DNA of 64,000 nucleotides from Octopus vulgaris. Its lineage: Eukaryota. The position numbers and the translations under genes were made by a program. This document shows, piece after piece, positions 26,501 to 35,917 of this stretch; position 1 is the stretch's first letter, and each line of letters opens with the position of its first letter. The notes below the pieces were generated by a model, which saw only the letters and a list, made by a program, of their open reading frames with translations, was not told where the DNA came from and made no database searches. The stretch spans positions 28,334,001 to 28,398,000 of the forward strand of contig OX597819.1 of the NCBI GenBank assembly GCA_951406725.2. The letters run 5' to 3'.

Positions 26501-29368
26501 GAAGTTATAATGCACAAGACGTAGTTCTAGTAGTATATATGAACCATGTATCTTACTAAGTGTACCATTGTCAATATATCTTAAGATAGGGTGGGGCATA
26601 ATGGGTCAATTTTCCTCAAAATTTTGAAAGCATTGTCAAATAAAAACCAATATTTAACAGTTAACATGGGTTTACAATCTCAAAAAGTGCATCATGATTC
26701 TGATATGCACTTCTGATGGACTAGGAGGCAATTTTGAATGCTTGTTTCATATATGCATAATCATATCGATTCAATGACTGGCATTCGTGCTAGTGGGGTG
26801 CAAAGAGCACCATACGAGTGTGATCGTTGACAGAGCGGCTATTTGAGTATGATCGTTACCAGCATCGCCTTACTGGCACTTATGCCTGTGCTAGTAGGGT
26901 GCCAAGAGCACCATCTGAGCGTGATCGTTGTCAGAGCAGCCAACTGGCTTCCATACCTGTGGCACATAAAAGGGCACCATTCAAGCGTGATCGTTACCAA
27001 TGTCACTTCACTGGCACCTGTGCTGGTGGCATGTGTAAAAAGATTCGAGTGAGGTCATTGCCAGTGCCGCCTGACTGGCCCCCGTGCTGGTGGCACGTAA
27101 AAAGCACCCACTACACTCTCGGAGTGGTTGGCATTAGGAAGGGCATCCAGCTGTAGAAACTCTGCCAGATCAAGATTGGAGCCTGGTACAGCCATCTGGC
27201 TCGCCAGCCCTCAGTAAAAACCGTCCAACCCATGCTAGCATGGAAAGCGGACGTGAAACGATGATGATATTTGAGCTACATTGAAAATCTTAAAGCTCAA
27301 TATTTAGTGGGGCATAATAGGTCACCTGTAAATGGAGTGATATGCAGAGTAGTATTTGGATAAAAGTATGACAAATTGTGGGTGAATGTCAAAAACAATC
27401 AAGAAAGAAACATCAGAGACATCCAAAGTTAAATAGACTATCTTCATAAAAAAAAAAAATGGCAACTATAATTACAGAACAACTCATTTTGAAGGTTATC
27501 TCAATCATGATGAAGTCATCCATTTGGCATATGGAGTCCAGATTAAGCTGTATAATTCTTGCAGAACTTTTGGTTAACACCTTTTCTCCTTGGAATACAC
27601 TTTGGGCCAACAATCATCACAAAGCAACCAAATTTCATTCTTCCCCTTTGTATCTGCTCTATAATCATTTGCAGATGGAACACTCAGTGTCTTCTTCCTC
27701 TGATTTATCTGCTCTGTCATGGTCATGATCACTATTGTCACACTCTGCACTACCTGTTTTCTGCCATTTTAGAGCAGGTGACCCTTCTTCCTTTCCACTC
27801 TCGGACTTTTGTGCATTTTTTTCTCTTTACCTTTTAGAATAATGATGCAATCACCTCTTGCCTCTTGATTTTGTGTAAATATCAATAATTACAAGAGAAA
27901 ATGTTGATAAAACACTTTCTGATATTGGCACATATTTACAGAGTGTGGAAGTTTTCTTCTATTTATAGAAATATATGTGCTATAGCTAACCCTTTCGTTA
28001 CCAACCCGGCTGAAACCGGCTCTGGCTCTGAGTACAAATGTCTTGTTTTCATAAGTTTTGAATTAAAATCTTCCAAAATTGTGACTAAACCTTAGTCACA
28101 ATTTATGTTCCTAACACTAGCTGAATGATAACTTAGTTATTTTACTAAATTCTTTGTTATATTTAAAGTAATTGAAAGAAACACAGAGTATCTCAAAATA
28201 AATACAGTAACGAAAGGGTTAAGTTACCCATTATGCCTCATCCTGCAAACTGACAAGTGACTCATTATATCCCACTTCTGAATTTCTTTGACTTTCAGAA
28301 TTTTCAAGGATATTTCCTTTATCCAACATAACATAAGCAAAGAAGATACTCTGAACATACCTCTAGTACAAACAATCCAAATCTGCAGTACCTCTTCTGT
28401 AGCACTGCAAAGTTTTGTTTGACAATCAAAAATTGATTGATCTAGTAACTGAGGTCTGAGGATGAGTAACTTCAAAAGGAATCACCAGAAAGAATACAAT
28501 GTTTATATTGAGGGATGATACAATTCATAATGGCTACATCATACTTCCTGGTCTGGAATTGGGAGAAAATTATGAAAATCTGGCAAATGGCCCATTATGC
28601 CTCACTCCCTCAATTTATTTGACATTCTCGTTATATCTTTATATATAAAAGTGAGGTTGTGTGCTGTCTGTCTCCTACTATTTAGATTCCTAACTACTCC
28701 CACATTTTGCGGTGCAGTTTAACCAAAACCGGGTATCTTATAGTCGTGATTCATATCGAGCCCTTCTGGGTATTAGCACGCGTCTATGATGAGTCTACAA
28801 TTTAAAAAAAAATTTACCATCAATTTTTCCCATTTTTAATGCACTTTTGGCATATATAAGGGAAGTAACTCTCTAAAAATTTATTATTAAATCTCAGAAC
28901 GTAAAAAGCTACAGTAACTCCCACCCCTTTGTGGTTAGCCATATTGAGATGACTATTATACTTTACATCTCTAAAAATGCTTATATAGTTATTTCCCTTA
29001 CAAACCCGAGCAACGCTGGACGATACTGCTAGTTTATTACTAAAACTGCCATTAATCAATAGCATATAGTATAATTGTCAATCAAATATTTATTCCATGC
29101 TTGTGAAAAACATATACTCAGCTTGTAATTTTTTTTAAAAATGTGTTCTTTATTAAATATGCTTGATTTCACTTTTTTCTCATTTTGCTTTTAGGATCTG
29201 GACTTAAGAGAGGAACATTTCCACTGTTTCAGTCCTCATGGACAGGGTGGTCATTATCATTATGATGTCACTCCAGAAGAAGTTAGTTATCGAGCATATT
29301 TCTCTGTTGCCAAAACCCTGTATAGAATTGATAAGCCAGAACATCCACTTAATTTTGGTAAAGATTAA
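5767..29368 (+). CDS. C11orf54: Ester hydrolase C11orf54/PTD012 homolog (DUF1907 family Zn-binding protein); 9 coding exons, 314 aa
   Basis: join(5767..5842,13524..13622,14219..14292,17994..18095,19413..19481,21031..21117,23677..23826,25203..25316,29195..29368) = 945 nt, all GT-AG, phases consistent; motifs VDCPDL, IGAGAGP, ANLLCCEG, WLRFYE, EHFHCFSPHGQGGHYHYD, YRIDKP are colinear with human C11orf54 as recalled. Confidence 0.95.
6620..6918 (+). mobile_element. tRNA-derived SINE (family B)
   Basis: A box TGGCCTAGTGG, B box GGTTCGAATC; related copy ~15040-15310. Confidence 0.8.
7888..8313 (-). mobile_element. MITE family 1 copy, inverted relative to 4409
   Basis: Same TIRs; perfect 8-bp TSD AACACTTA. 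Confidence 0.92.
8383..8928. mobile_element. Foldback-type relative of MITE family 1
   Basis: Starts GGATCTTTTCC; the two halves are diverged inverted copies around a palindrome centred ~8651, flanked by CCCTAA/TTAGGG repeats; right TIR truncated. Confidence 0.75.
10792..10880 (-). pseudogene. U6 snRNA pseudogene lacking the 5' stem-loop
   Basis: Minus strand AAAATTGGAACAATACAGAGAAGATTAGCATGGCTCCTGCACAAGGACAACATGCAAATTCATGAAGTGCTCCATATT; ACAGAGA box intact, many substitutions (mostly CpG-type). Confidence 0.92.
11838..12375 (-). mobile_element. 5'-truncated CR1-group LINE, 3' end
   Basis: ORF 11957-12319: Y.ERL..L....L..RR...DL...HKI...HGH..K...RKHFF..RVAEAWNKLP is the typical CR1/L2 C-terminus; (TTA)n tail at ~11838-11852. 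Confidence 0.85.
12789..13421 (+). mobile_element. Internally deleted RTE copy (YADD fragment fused to 3' UTR)
   Basis: 12789-12875 matches ~32387-32473 of the long LINE; from 12894 it matches the 3' UTR (CTTGTGAAGACCTGTTGAGGCAAGT), ending GGACGTTAAACGGTGATGAT. Confidence 0.85.
13524..13622 (+). CDS. C11orf54: C11orf54 exon 2 (VLSKGLLKYFHDVSVNIVDCPDLREKPFQLAAE)
   Basis: tttcag acceptor, gtaaac donor. Confidence 0.95.
14219..14292 (+). CDS. C11orf54: C11orf54 exon 3 (GICGNPCLADIGGPPFLLPTVHKEK)
   Basis: ttccag acceptor, gtttgt donor. Confidence 0.93.
14590..15014 (+). mobile_element. RTE 3'-UTR-only (5'-truncated) copy
   Basis: CACCCACTACACTCTC...GGCATCCAGCTGTAGAAAC...CATGGAAAGC..ACGTTAAAC(GAT)n as in 33826-34003. 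Confidence 0.85.
16944..17157. mobile_element. Tc1/mariner-pogo (Tigger-like) MITE
   Basis: TIR (C/G)AGTAATCCCTC.../...GAGGGATTACTG; internal repeat TTCACCTATCG. Confidence 0.6.
17327..17498. repeat. Long hairpin, 83-bp arms with a 6-nt loop, in a (TA)n-flanked insert
   Basis: Arms 17327-17409 and 17416-17498 with 6 mismatches. Confidence 0.9.
17994..18095 (+). CDS. C11orf54: C11orf54 exon 4 (IYNIKTIAEISGQQDGFFIGAGAGPAHLVGVNSE)
   Basis: ttacag acceptor, gtaagt donor. Confidence 0.95.
19413..19481 (+). CDS. C11orf54: C11orf54 exon 5 (MMCNVNLNKPDGCQTYIAKVDPE)
   Basis: ttgtag acceptor, gtaaga donor, phase 0/0. Confidence 0.85.
20741..20965. mobile_element. piggyBac-like TTAA MITE
   Basis: TTAA at both ends with short degenerate TIRs; relatives at ~39436-39660, ~42725-42940, ~56399-56624. 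Confidence 0.6.
21031..21117 (+). CDS. C11orf54: C11orf54 exon 6 (NGCFNLKQIEHPSFMLMANLLCCEGKRGK)
   Basis: ttttag acceptor, gtaata donor. Confidence 0.93.
23058..23443 (+). mobile_element. MITE family 1 copy with a deletion in the right TIR
   Basis: Near-identical to 4409-4823; perfect 8-bp TSD GCATAGAT. Confidence 0.92.
23677..23826 (+). CDS. C11orf54: C11orf54 exon 7 (VIEVKASKRIGDDNF...GKAKLHIM)
   Basis: ttttag acceptor, gtaagc donor. Confidence 0.95.
25203..25316 (+). CDS. C11orf54: C11orf54 exon 8 (PDFSCKPINNVTELDNWLRFYEANAPLVCLGILISHDP)
   Basis: caacag acceptor, gtaagt donor. Confidence 0.95.
25368..25737 (-). mobile_element. tRNA-derived CORE-type SINE with extended 3' module (family C)
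   Basis: Minus strand GGCATGGCTGTGTGGTAAGAAATTTGCTTCCCAACCACATGGTTCTGGGTTCAGTCCC...; copies ~11400-11730, 14415-14575, 16735-16890, 18139-18265, 24550-24890, 29540-29875, 37500-37620, 56775-57130. Confidence 0.8.
26768..27268 (+). mobile_element. RTE 3'-UTR-only copy
   Basis: Same 3' end and (GAT)n tail; highly similar to 14590-15014. Confidence 0.85.
27990..28218. mobile_element. piggyBac-like MITE
   Basis: TIR CCCTTTCGTTAC/GTAACGAAAGGG flanked by CTAA/TTAA; older relative ~42937-43146. Confidence 0.8.
28636..29032 (+). mobile_element. Non-autonomous Helitron
   Basis: 5' TC after host A; subterminal GC-rich hairpin CCCGAGCAACGCTGGA; 3' CTAG followed by host T; no TSD. Confidence 0.8.
29195..29368 (+). 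CDS. C11orf54: C11orf54 exon 9 (DLDLREEHFHCFSPHGQGGHYHYD...FGKD*)
   Basis: ttttag acceptor; HxH...H metal ligands; TAA 29366-29368. Confidence 0.95.
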   Translation, partial: DLDLREEHFHCFSPHGQGGHYHYDVTPEEVSYRAYFSVAKTLYRIDKPEHPLNFGKD

Positions 29369-29473
29369 TATATAAAAGAACTGAAACTAAAAATAAGTTT
29401 TGATATATATCACATATATTTTATAATCTATAAAAAACTTTTTCTATCAAAAGAAGCTTATGAAATGTATTGA

Positions 29474-29479
29474 AATAAA
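29474..29479 (+). terminator. Candidate polyadenylation signal of C11orf54
   Basis: AATAAA ~105 nt after the stop, with a T-rich tract further downstream. Confidence 0.5.
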
Positions 29480-30415
29480 AGAACATATCAAAGAACCATA
29501 TTAATGGTAATATTTTTTTCTTTTTTTTTAAAATTTTTTCAATCATTAGACTGCAGCCAAGAATTTTTAGTTGAATGTTTCAATCCCAGTACTTAATTTT
29601 TTTTTTTAAAAGCCTGGTACTTATGCTATTGGTCTCTTTTGCCAAACCGATAAGTTACAGAGACGTAAACACACCAGCACTGGTTGTCAAGACATACACA
29701 CACACACACACATATATATGATGAGCTTCTTACAGTTTCTTTCTACCAAATCCACTCACAAGGCTTTGGTTGGCCTGGGGCTATAGAAGACACTTGCCCA
29801 AGGTGCCATGCAGTGGGACTGAACCCAGAACTATGTGGTTGGTAAGTAAGCTTCTTACCTTACAGTCATGCCTGTATTTATATATTGTTATATTGCATTG
29901 TTTACCGATTTCCAATAAGCCAATCACTATTTCACTGCATTTATGATGGTGAATGTCAGATTAGTCTCTGTACAACTTGGCCAGAACAGATGCCATTGAA
30001 TAATTTTATATTCAAAAGCAGTTTAATGGGTTTCTTGACAATATACTCACACACATGTATATCCATTAGTACTAACAAACAGGAGGAAAATGTACTCAAC
30101 ACCATGGTAGTGAATTATATTTTGAGTTGATCCAGTTCATTGTTGTTACTCTGGAGTCCACCTGATGTCAAACCACGGGGTCTAGTTGAGTTTTGCTTAT
30201 GTTTAAGGAAGTTGTTAGATAATGATGTTTTCTTGACAAGTAGTGCTTATATTTTGCTAATGAAAGAGAAGGATAGGCATGGCCACACTGGAAGACGCTT
30301 AGCGGTCTCAAGCCTCGAAATCAGTTTATGTTCTAAATCCAGATCTTGCTGAGGTTAAATTTGCTTTTCGAAAGGTAGGTCTGGAGAGATTGTAGAGCTG
30401 CTTGAACGGAGACGT

Positions 30416-33369
30416 GTGGATGTATGCTGTATCCAGGAAGTAAGGTGGAGAGGAGGTTCTGCTAGGCTCCTCACGGGCAAGGAACACAGGTACAAGATTT
30501 TCTGGGCAGGGAACACTGACGGAGTCGGGGGCGTGGGTATACTTCTTGCGGAGAAATGGGTAGGTAAGGTAATCGAGGTAGTCAGAGTAAGTGACAGAGT
30601 AATTAAAATTAGATTAGTTCTTCACCATAGGACAGCTACCATCATCTCGGCATATGCCCCTCAACCAGGGCTACCGGAAGGACAAAAAGACCAATTCTAT
30701 GACACCCTATTGCGGACTACCTCATTGACAAATGACAGTGACCTTCTCTTCGTGGCAGTGGTGATTTCAATGGACATGTTGGACGACATGTCAGGGGCTT
30801 CCATGGCGTCCATGGAGGCCACGGTTTTGGCTCTCGAAATGAGGAGGGAACCAGGCTGCTGGAGTTCTGCGATGCAAATGACCTTATGGTCTGCAATACC
30901 CACTTCAGGAAACCCACCTCTCACCTAGTCACCTACCGTTCTGGCAGACACACCAGCCAGATTGACTACATCCTTGCCAGAAAAAGGGAAAGAGGGCTGA
31001 TTATAAATGCCAAAACCTTCCCAGGCGAAGAATGTACTCCCCAACATAGATTAGTAGTTAGCGACTTCAGGATCAGAGCTAAATGGTTGCCCAGAAGAAG
31101 ACCAGCTTGGAGGAGAAGGGTCTGGAAGCTTAAAGATCCTGCAAATGGACAGAGATTTAGAGACATACTACTCGAAGCCTTCTGACGAAATAGAAGGGGA
31201 TATAGCTTCACTTAATGTGGAAGACAACTGGAGATTCCTACGGGACAACCTGCTGACAGCCACTGACCAGATGTGTGGATGGAGCAAAGTACCATCTCGA
31301 CCCAGAGTAACATGGTGGTGGAACACTGTGGTTGACGGGGCTATTAGACAAAAGAGACAGGCTTGGAAGGACTGGAAGAACGGTGGTAGCAGGGAATTGT
31401 ATCAGACAGCCAAAAGGGAAGCTAGGAGACAGGTTTATTTAGCCAGAGGGGAAGCGGATAAGAAAAAATTTGCCAATGTTCTGAGCCGTGATGATGAAAG
31501 ACTTGAGGTATTTTGTGTTGCAAGACAGTGTGTGAGAGAGAATCGTGATGTGGTAGGAGAGAAGTGTGTTCGCATGGATGATGGTTCACTTGCGCTAAAT
31601 GAGGATGCAAAGAGAGAGGTTTGGAGATGCCACTATGAAAGGTTGCTGAATAAAGAAAATGAATGGGATAAAGAGAGTCTGCCAAATGTTGACCCAACAG
31701 AGGGACCAGCTATCCGAGTCGATAGTTCCGTGGTAGCTAAGGCAATTAGAAGCATGAAGACAGGGAAAGCCCCAGGCCCATCAGGAATTACTGCAGAGAT
31801 GCTCAAAATATCTGGCAGTGTCGGCTATAACCTAGTCACCCGTATAGTCAACCAGGTGATACACGAAGGAGTCATACCCAATGACTGGTGTAGCAGCATA
31901 CTAGTCAACTGCTACAAAGGTAAAGGTGATGCCCTGGATACAAATAATTACAGAGGTATCAAGCTGTTGGATCAGGTAATGAAGGTTACGGAGAGGGCCA
32001 TAGCCCAACTAATTAGAGAGAGAGTTAGTTTAGATGAGATGCAGTTTGGGTTTGTCCCAGGGAAAAGCACCACTGATGCTATATTCCTGGTAAGGCAGCT
32101 GCAGGAGAAATACCTAGCCAAAGATAAGCCCTTGTACCTGGCTTTCGTTGACATGGAGAAAGCCTTTGATAGGGTCCCCCGATCCCTCATCTGGTGGTCA
32201 ATGAGGAAACTAGGGATAGATGAATGGCTGGTGAGGGCTGTGCAAGCCATGTACAGAGATGCCGTAAATAAGGTTAGAGTTGGCAACATGTACACAGAAG
32301 AATTCAAAGTAGAGGTTGGGGTCCACCAGGGTTCAGTACTTAGCCTCCTCCTATTTATCATAGTCCTCCAGGCAATAACGGAGGAATTCAAGACAGGTTG
32401 CCCCTGGGAGCTCCTCTATGCTGACGACCTCGCTCTAATCGCTGAGTCACTATCAGAACTGGAGGAGAAGTTCCAGGTGTGGAAGGAGGGTTTAGAATCA
32501 AGGGGCCTTAGAGTCAACCTAGCTAAAACCAAAGTACTAATAAGTAGAAAGGTAGAAAATCCACAAATATCCTCAGGAAGATGGCCCTGCTCGATCTGTA
32601 GAAAAGGTGTAGGTAGAAACTCTATAAGATGTACCCAGTGTAAGCTATGGACACATAAGAGGTGCAGCAATGTCAAAGGTAGGCTAACTGGGAAGATAGT
32701 TTTTGTATGTGGCAGGTGCTCTGGAGCATTGACCTCCGAAAATCTGCAGAAAACAACTTCTGTCACTTTCCGGGGGAAAAACTAGAAGTAGTTGATAGCT
32801 TCCGCTATCTAGGTGACCAAGTCAGTAGTGGGGGTGGGTGCGCTGAAAGTGTAACTGCTAGAATAAGAATAGCCTGGGCAAAGTTTAGGGAGCTCTTACC
32901 TCTGCTGGAGACTAAAGGCCTCTCGCTCAGAGTAAAAGGCAGACTGTATGATGCATGTGTACGAACAGCTATGCTACATGGCAGTGAAACATGGGCCGTG
33001 ACTGCTGAGGACATGCGTAAGCTCGTGAGGAACGAAGCCAGTATGCTCCGATGGATGTGTAATGTCAGTGTACTTACTCGACAGAGCGTTAGTACCTTGA
33101 GAGAAATGTTGTACCTAAGAAGCATCAGTTGTTGTGTGCAAGAGAGACGATTGCGCTGGTATGGTCATGTGGCAAGAATGGATGAAGATAGGTGTGTGAG
33201 AAAGTGCCAATCCCTAGCAGTTGAGGGAACCCGTGGAAGAGGTAGACCCAGGAAAACCTGGGACGAGGTGGTGAAGCACGACCTTCGGACGTTAGGTCTC
33301 ACCATGGAAATGACTAGAGACCGAGACCTATGGAAGTATGCTGTGCGTGAGAAGACCCGGCAAGACTAG
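30416..33369 (+). pseudogene. RTE ORF (AP endonuclease - reverse transcriptase - PHD finger), frameshifted near 30760, 31180 and 32775
   Basis: ORF-track segments 30416-30928, 30886-31185, 31145-32785 and 32707-33369 form one colinear protein. Confidence 0.93.
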
Positions 33370-33619
33370 TGAAGCCATAATCCGTGGCCCCTACCTGGGA
33401 CGTAGTCAGTCCACCTGTGCATACCTTCCTTCTTGTGACACTTGTGAAGACCTGTTGAGGCAAGTGAGAATCGTATCGAATCAAATCAAATCAAATCGAA
33501 CCAAATCAAAATAGATGAACATCAATGGAATTTGTATCCTTGTGGTACCAGTGCCGGTGGCACATAAGAAAACCATCTGAACGTGACCGTAGCCAGCACC
33601 GCAACGACTGGCCTCCGTG

Positions 33620-33825
33620 CTGAGGGCACGTAACAAACACCATCCGAGCGTGGCCGTCTGCCAGCCTCGTCTGGCACCTGTGTCGGTGACACATAAGAAA
33701 ACACCATCCGAGCGTGGCCGTCAGCCAGCCTCGTCTGGCACCTGTGTCAGTGGCACATAAAAAAACACCATCCGAGCGTGGCCGTCTGCCAGCCTCGTCT
33801 GGCACCTGTGTCGGTGGCACATAAA
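33620..33825 (+). repeat. ~60-bp tandem repeat (about 3 units) in the RTE 3' UTR
   Basis: Unit CACCATCCGAGCGTGGCCGTCTGCCAGCCTCGTCTGGCACCTGTGTCGGTGGCACATAA; preceded by (AATCA)n at ~33478-33510. Confidence 0.92.
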
Positions 33826-35865
33826 ATCACCCACTACACTCTCGGCGTGGTTGGCGTTAGGAAGGGCATCCAGCTGTAGAAACACTGCCATATCTGACTG
33901 GCCTGGTGCAGCCTTCGGGCTTGCCAGACCCCAGTTGAACCGTCCAACCCATGCTAGCATGGAAAGCGGACGTTAAACGATGATGATGATGATGATGATG
34001 ATGATCCTTATGGAAAAAGGGTCAATGATGTAGGGACCAAGTACTGAGATTGAATCAGTCTACTATCCCACCCTTCTCCAAATGCAGAGTCTTATGTCTG
34101 TCGACAAGTTTTCCTGGTGTGCATTTTCTCTGATATCATCCTTGTATTGCAGATCTATGCAAGTTTTGTTCTAGTTTCACAAAGATATGACTGACTTCAA
34201 CAAATTAGTGAACACTTCAATGGACCTTATATTTAGTTTGTTAGCGCAATTTTTATCTTGTGTCTATTTTAATGTATATTGTTCAATGATTTTGTCATAA
34301 TTTTATGTTTACTTTCCATGCTGGTATGGATCGGAGGGGTAGTTTCTCTTAGACAAGTCAGAACTCAAAATTTCGATTTTTGGCTTTGTTTCTTTGGTTG
34401 GATTCTCTTCCTCCACAAATCACTTAACAGAATGTATTGGTTGCATTTTATCATGGACTAGCATTAGAGAGGAATGCCATGTCCTTAACAAGACTAGAGG
34501 GCCCTTTTGACCAGACATCTCTTGTTAGCCACTTTGCAGTATGCCCTGTGAAATTAAAAAGGTAACAACTCGAATTGAATTGTCTTGTACTCTGAACAAT
34601 TAGAGAGTCTTTACCACTCTATGTGTTCATTCAGTCCTAGATGCATAGTTGTGAAGCATTTTTTAGAAATAATTAGAAACAGGGACAAAAGTCTAAGAAG
34701 AAACTTTCTTTATTAGAAAAAAAAATTAAAAATAAAATAGAATGCAATTACATAGATTTAAGGAAATACAATTACAAACAGTAGAACACTTGGAGATATG
34801 TTTTAAGAGTAAAATGCTCATTTTTCATTTATATTTCTTACAAAAGAAGTTTAGTTTTCTACTCAAAACTGTTAAAACAACCTCTTGAACCTGAGTAGCT
34901 TTTTGTTTCAGATTGCGTAGATATTTAAGAAATCTAAAATTTAAAAAATACATTTTTAAAATATTGCAATCTGAATAATAAAAAAACATTAAATTTAAAT
35001 AGCTTTTTAAAATATTTTTTTTTAAATAGTAATTATAATAATAATAATGAAGTAGTAATTTAAACTAAGTGAATGATAGTGCTATCTCTAATGAAAACGT
35101 TTGTGGTGATAACATTCACACATATTATTCATTCTTTCACATTTGGTAGATCAACATTTAGTACTATGTAGAATATTCTAGAATTAGATCTTGATTGGAA
35201 TGCTTTTAAGATGGTGTTTGTTTGCTCGTTTTAACTTTGAATCCACATAAACATCAACACTAAAGTTGTAAAACTTTGATAAAAGTCATTTATAACTGCT
35301 GGATTTAGATTTGATTCTGATATTCTTCTATCCAATTTCTCAATGGAGATGAATATTAAAAAAAAAAAAAAAAAGTTTAAACTTAACAAAATTAATTTCA
35401 ATCTGTTTGTAATATTATAATTATCATCCAAAAACCTATTGATTCAGACTTGGCCGAAAAATAAATGAATTAAATACAACAGGCCTATTTTAAGTACCAT
35501 TAGAAAAGTAGTAAACAAACGCACTTTTGGAAAGTCTTTTTCTAATCAAAATTATCTCATCTGAATAACTGCAATATAACATAAATATCTAAAAATGCTT
35601 AATATTTTGTGTCTCACACTCCCCATCCACATTTATACAGCTACAAGAAATAAAGAATCAGTTTACTAAAAGTCCTTTTACATTATTTTCTACCTTAAAA
35701 ACTTACTTAGAGTACAATCAAATTAAATATATTTTTTCCAAAATGAATGTTATTTAGAAGGTTTTGATAAAAAAATATAGCTTAACAGTCTTTTTTCTTA
35801 TTTTTTTTTTTGGATGAATAGAATTAGCATTATCACAGTTAAATGGAAATTTCACAATGATGTAA

Positions 35866-35917
35866 TTACATCATTGTATTTCTGAATGTGTTCAATTCCT
35901 TTATACTCTCTGACAAT
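35866..35917 (-). CDS. ERO1: ERO1 last coding exon ([17 protein letters not shown])
   Basis: tttcag acceptor; TAA at 35868-35866. Confidence 0.93.

Larger units (their letters stand above)
26588..28609 (-). mobile_element. Decayed DNA transposon (probably pogo-like) carrying nested insertions
   Basis: Terminal and subterminal inverted motif GTGGGGCATAATGGG (26591, 27308) versus CCCATTATGCCTCA (28227, 28591); broken Cys-rich frames on - near 27590-27690 (CSICK...EIWLLCDDC); hosts an RTE 3' copy and a TTAA MITE. Confidence 0.5.
30370..34003 (+). mobile_element. RTE-clade LINE, 5'-truncated in the endonuclease, about 3 frameshifts
   Basis: APE motifs (CIQEVRW, GVGIL, ISAYAP, SQIDY, PQHRLV); RT motifs (GKAPGPSGI, YRGIKLL, QFGF, FVDMEKAFD, GVHQGSVLS, LLYADD, FRYLG); RTE C-terminus (RLRWYGHV..M, RGRGRPRKTW); stop 33369; 3' UTR with (GAT)n tail. 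Confidence 0.97.

Noticed and set aside
31422-33125. Antisense ORFs over the LINE
   Set aside because: Shadow ORFs of the RT coding strand
33620-33825. CRISPR-like array
   Set aside because: Whole units repeat with no unique spacers; eukaryotic LINE 3' UTR, no cas genes
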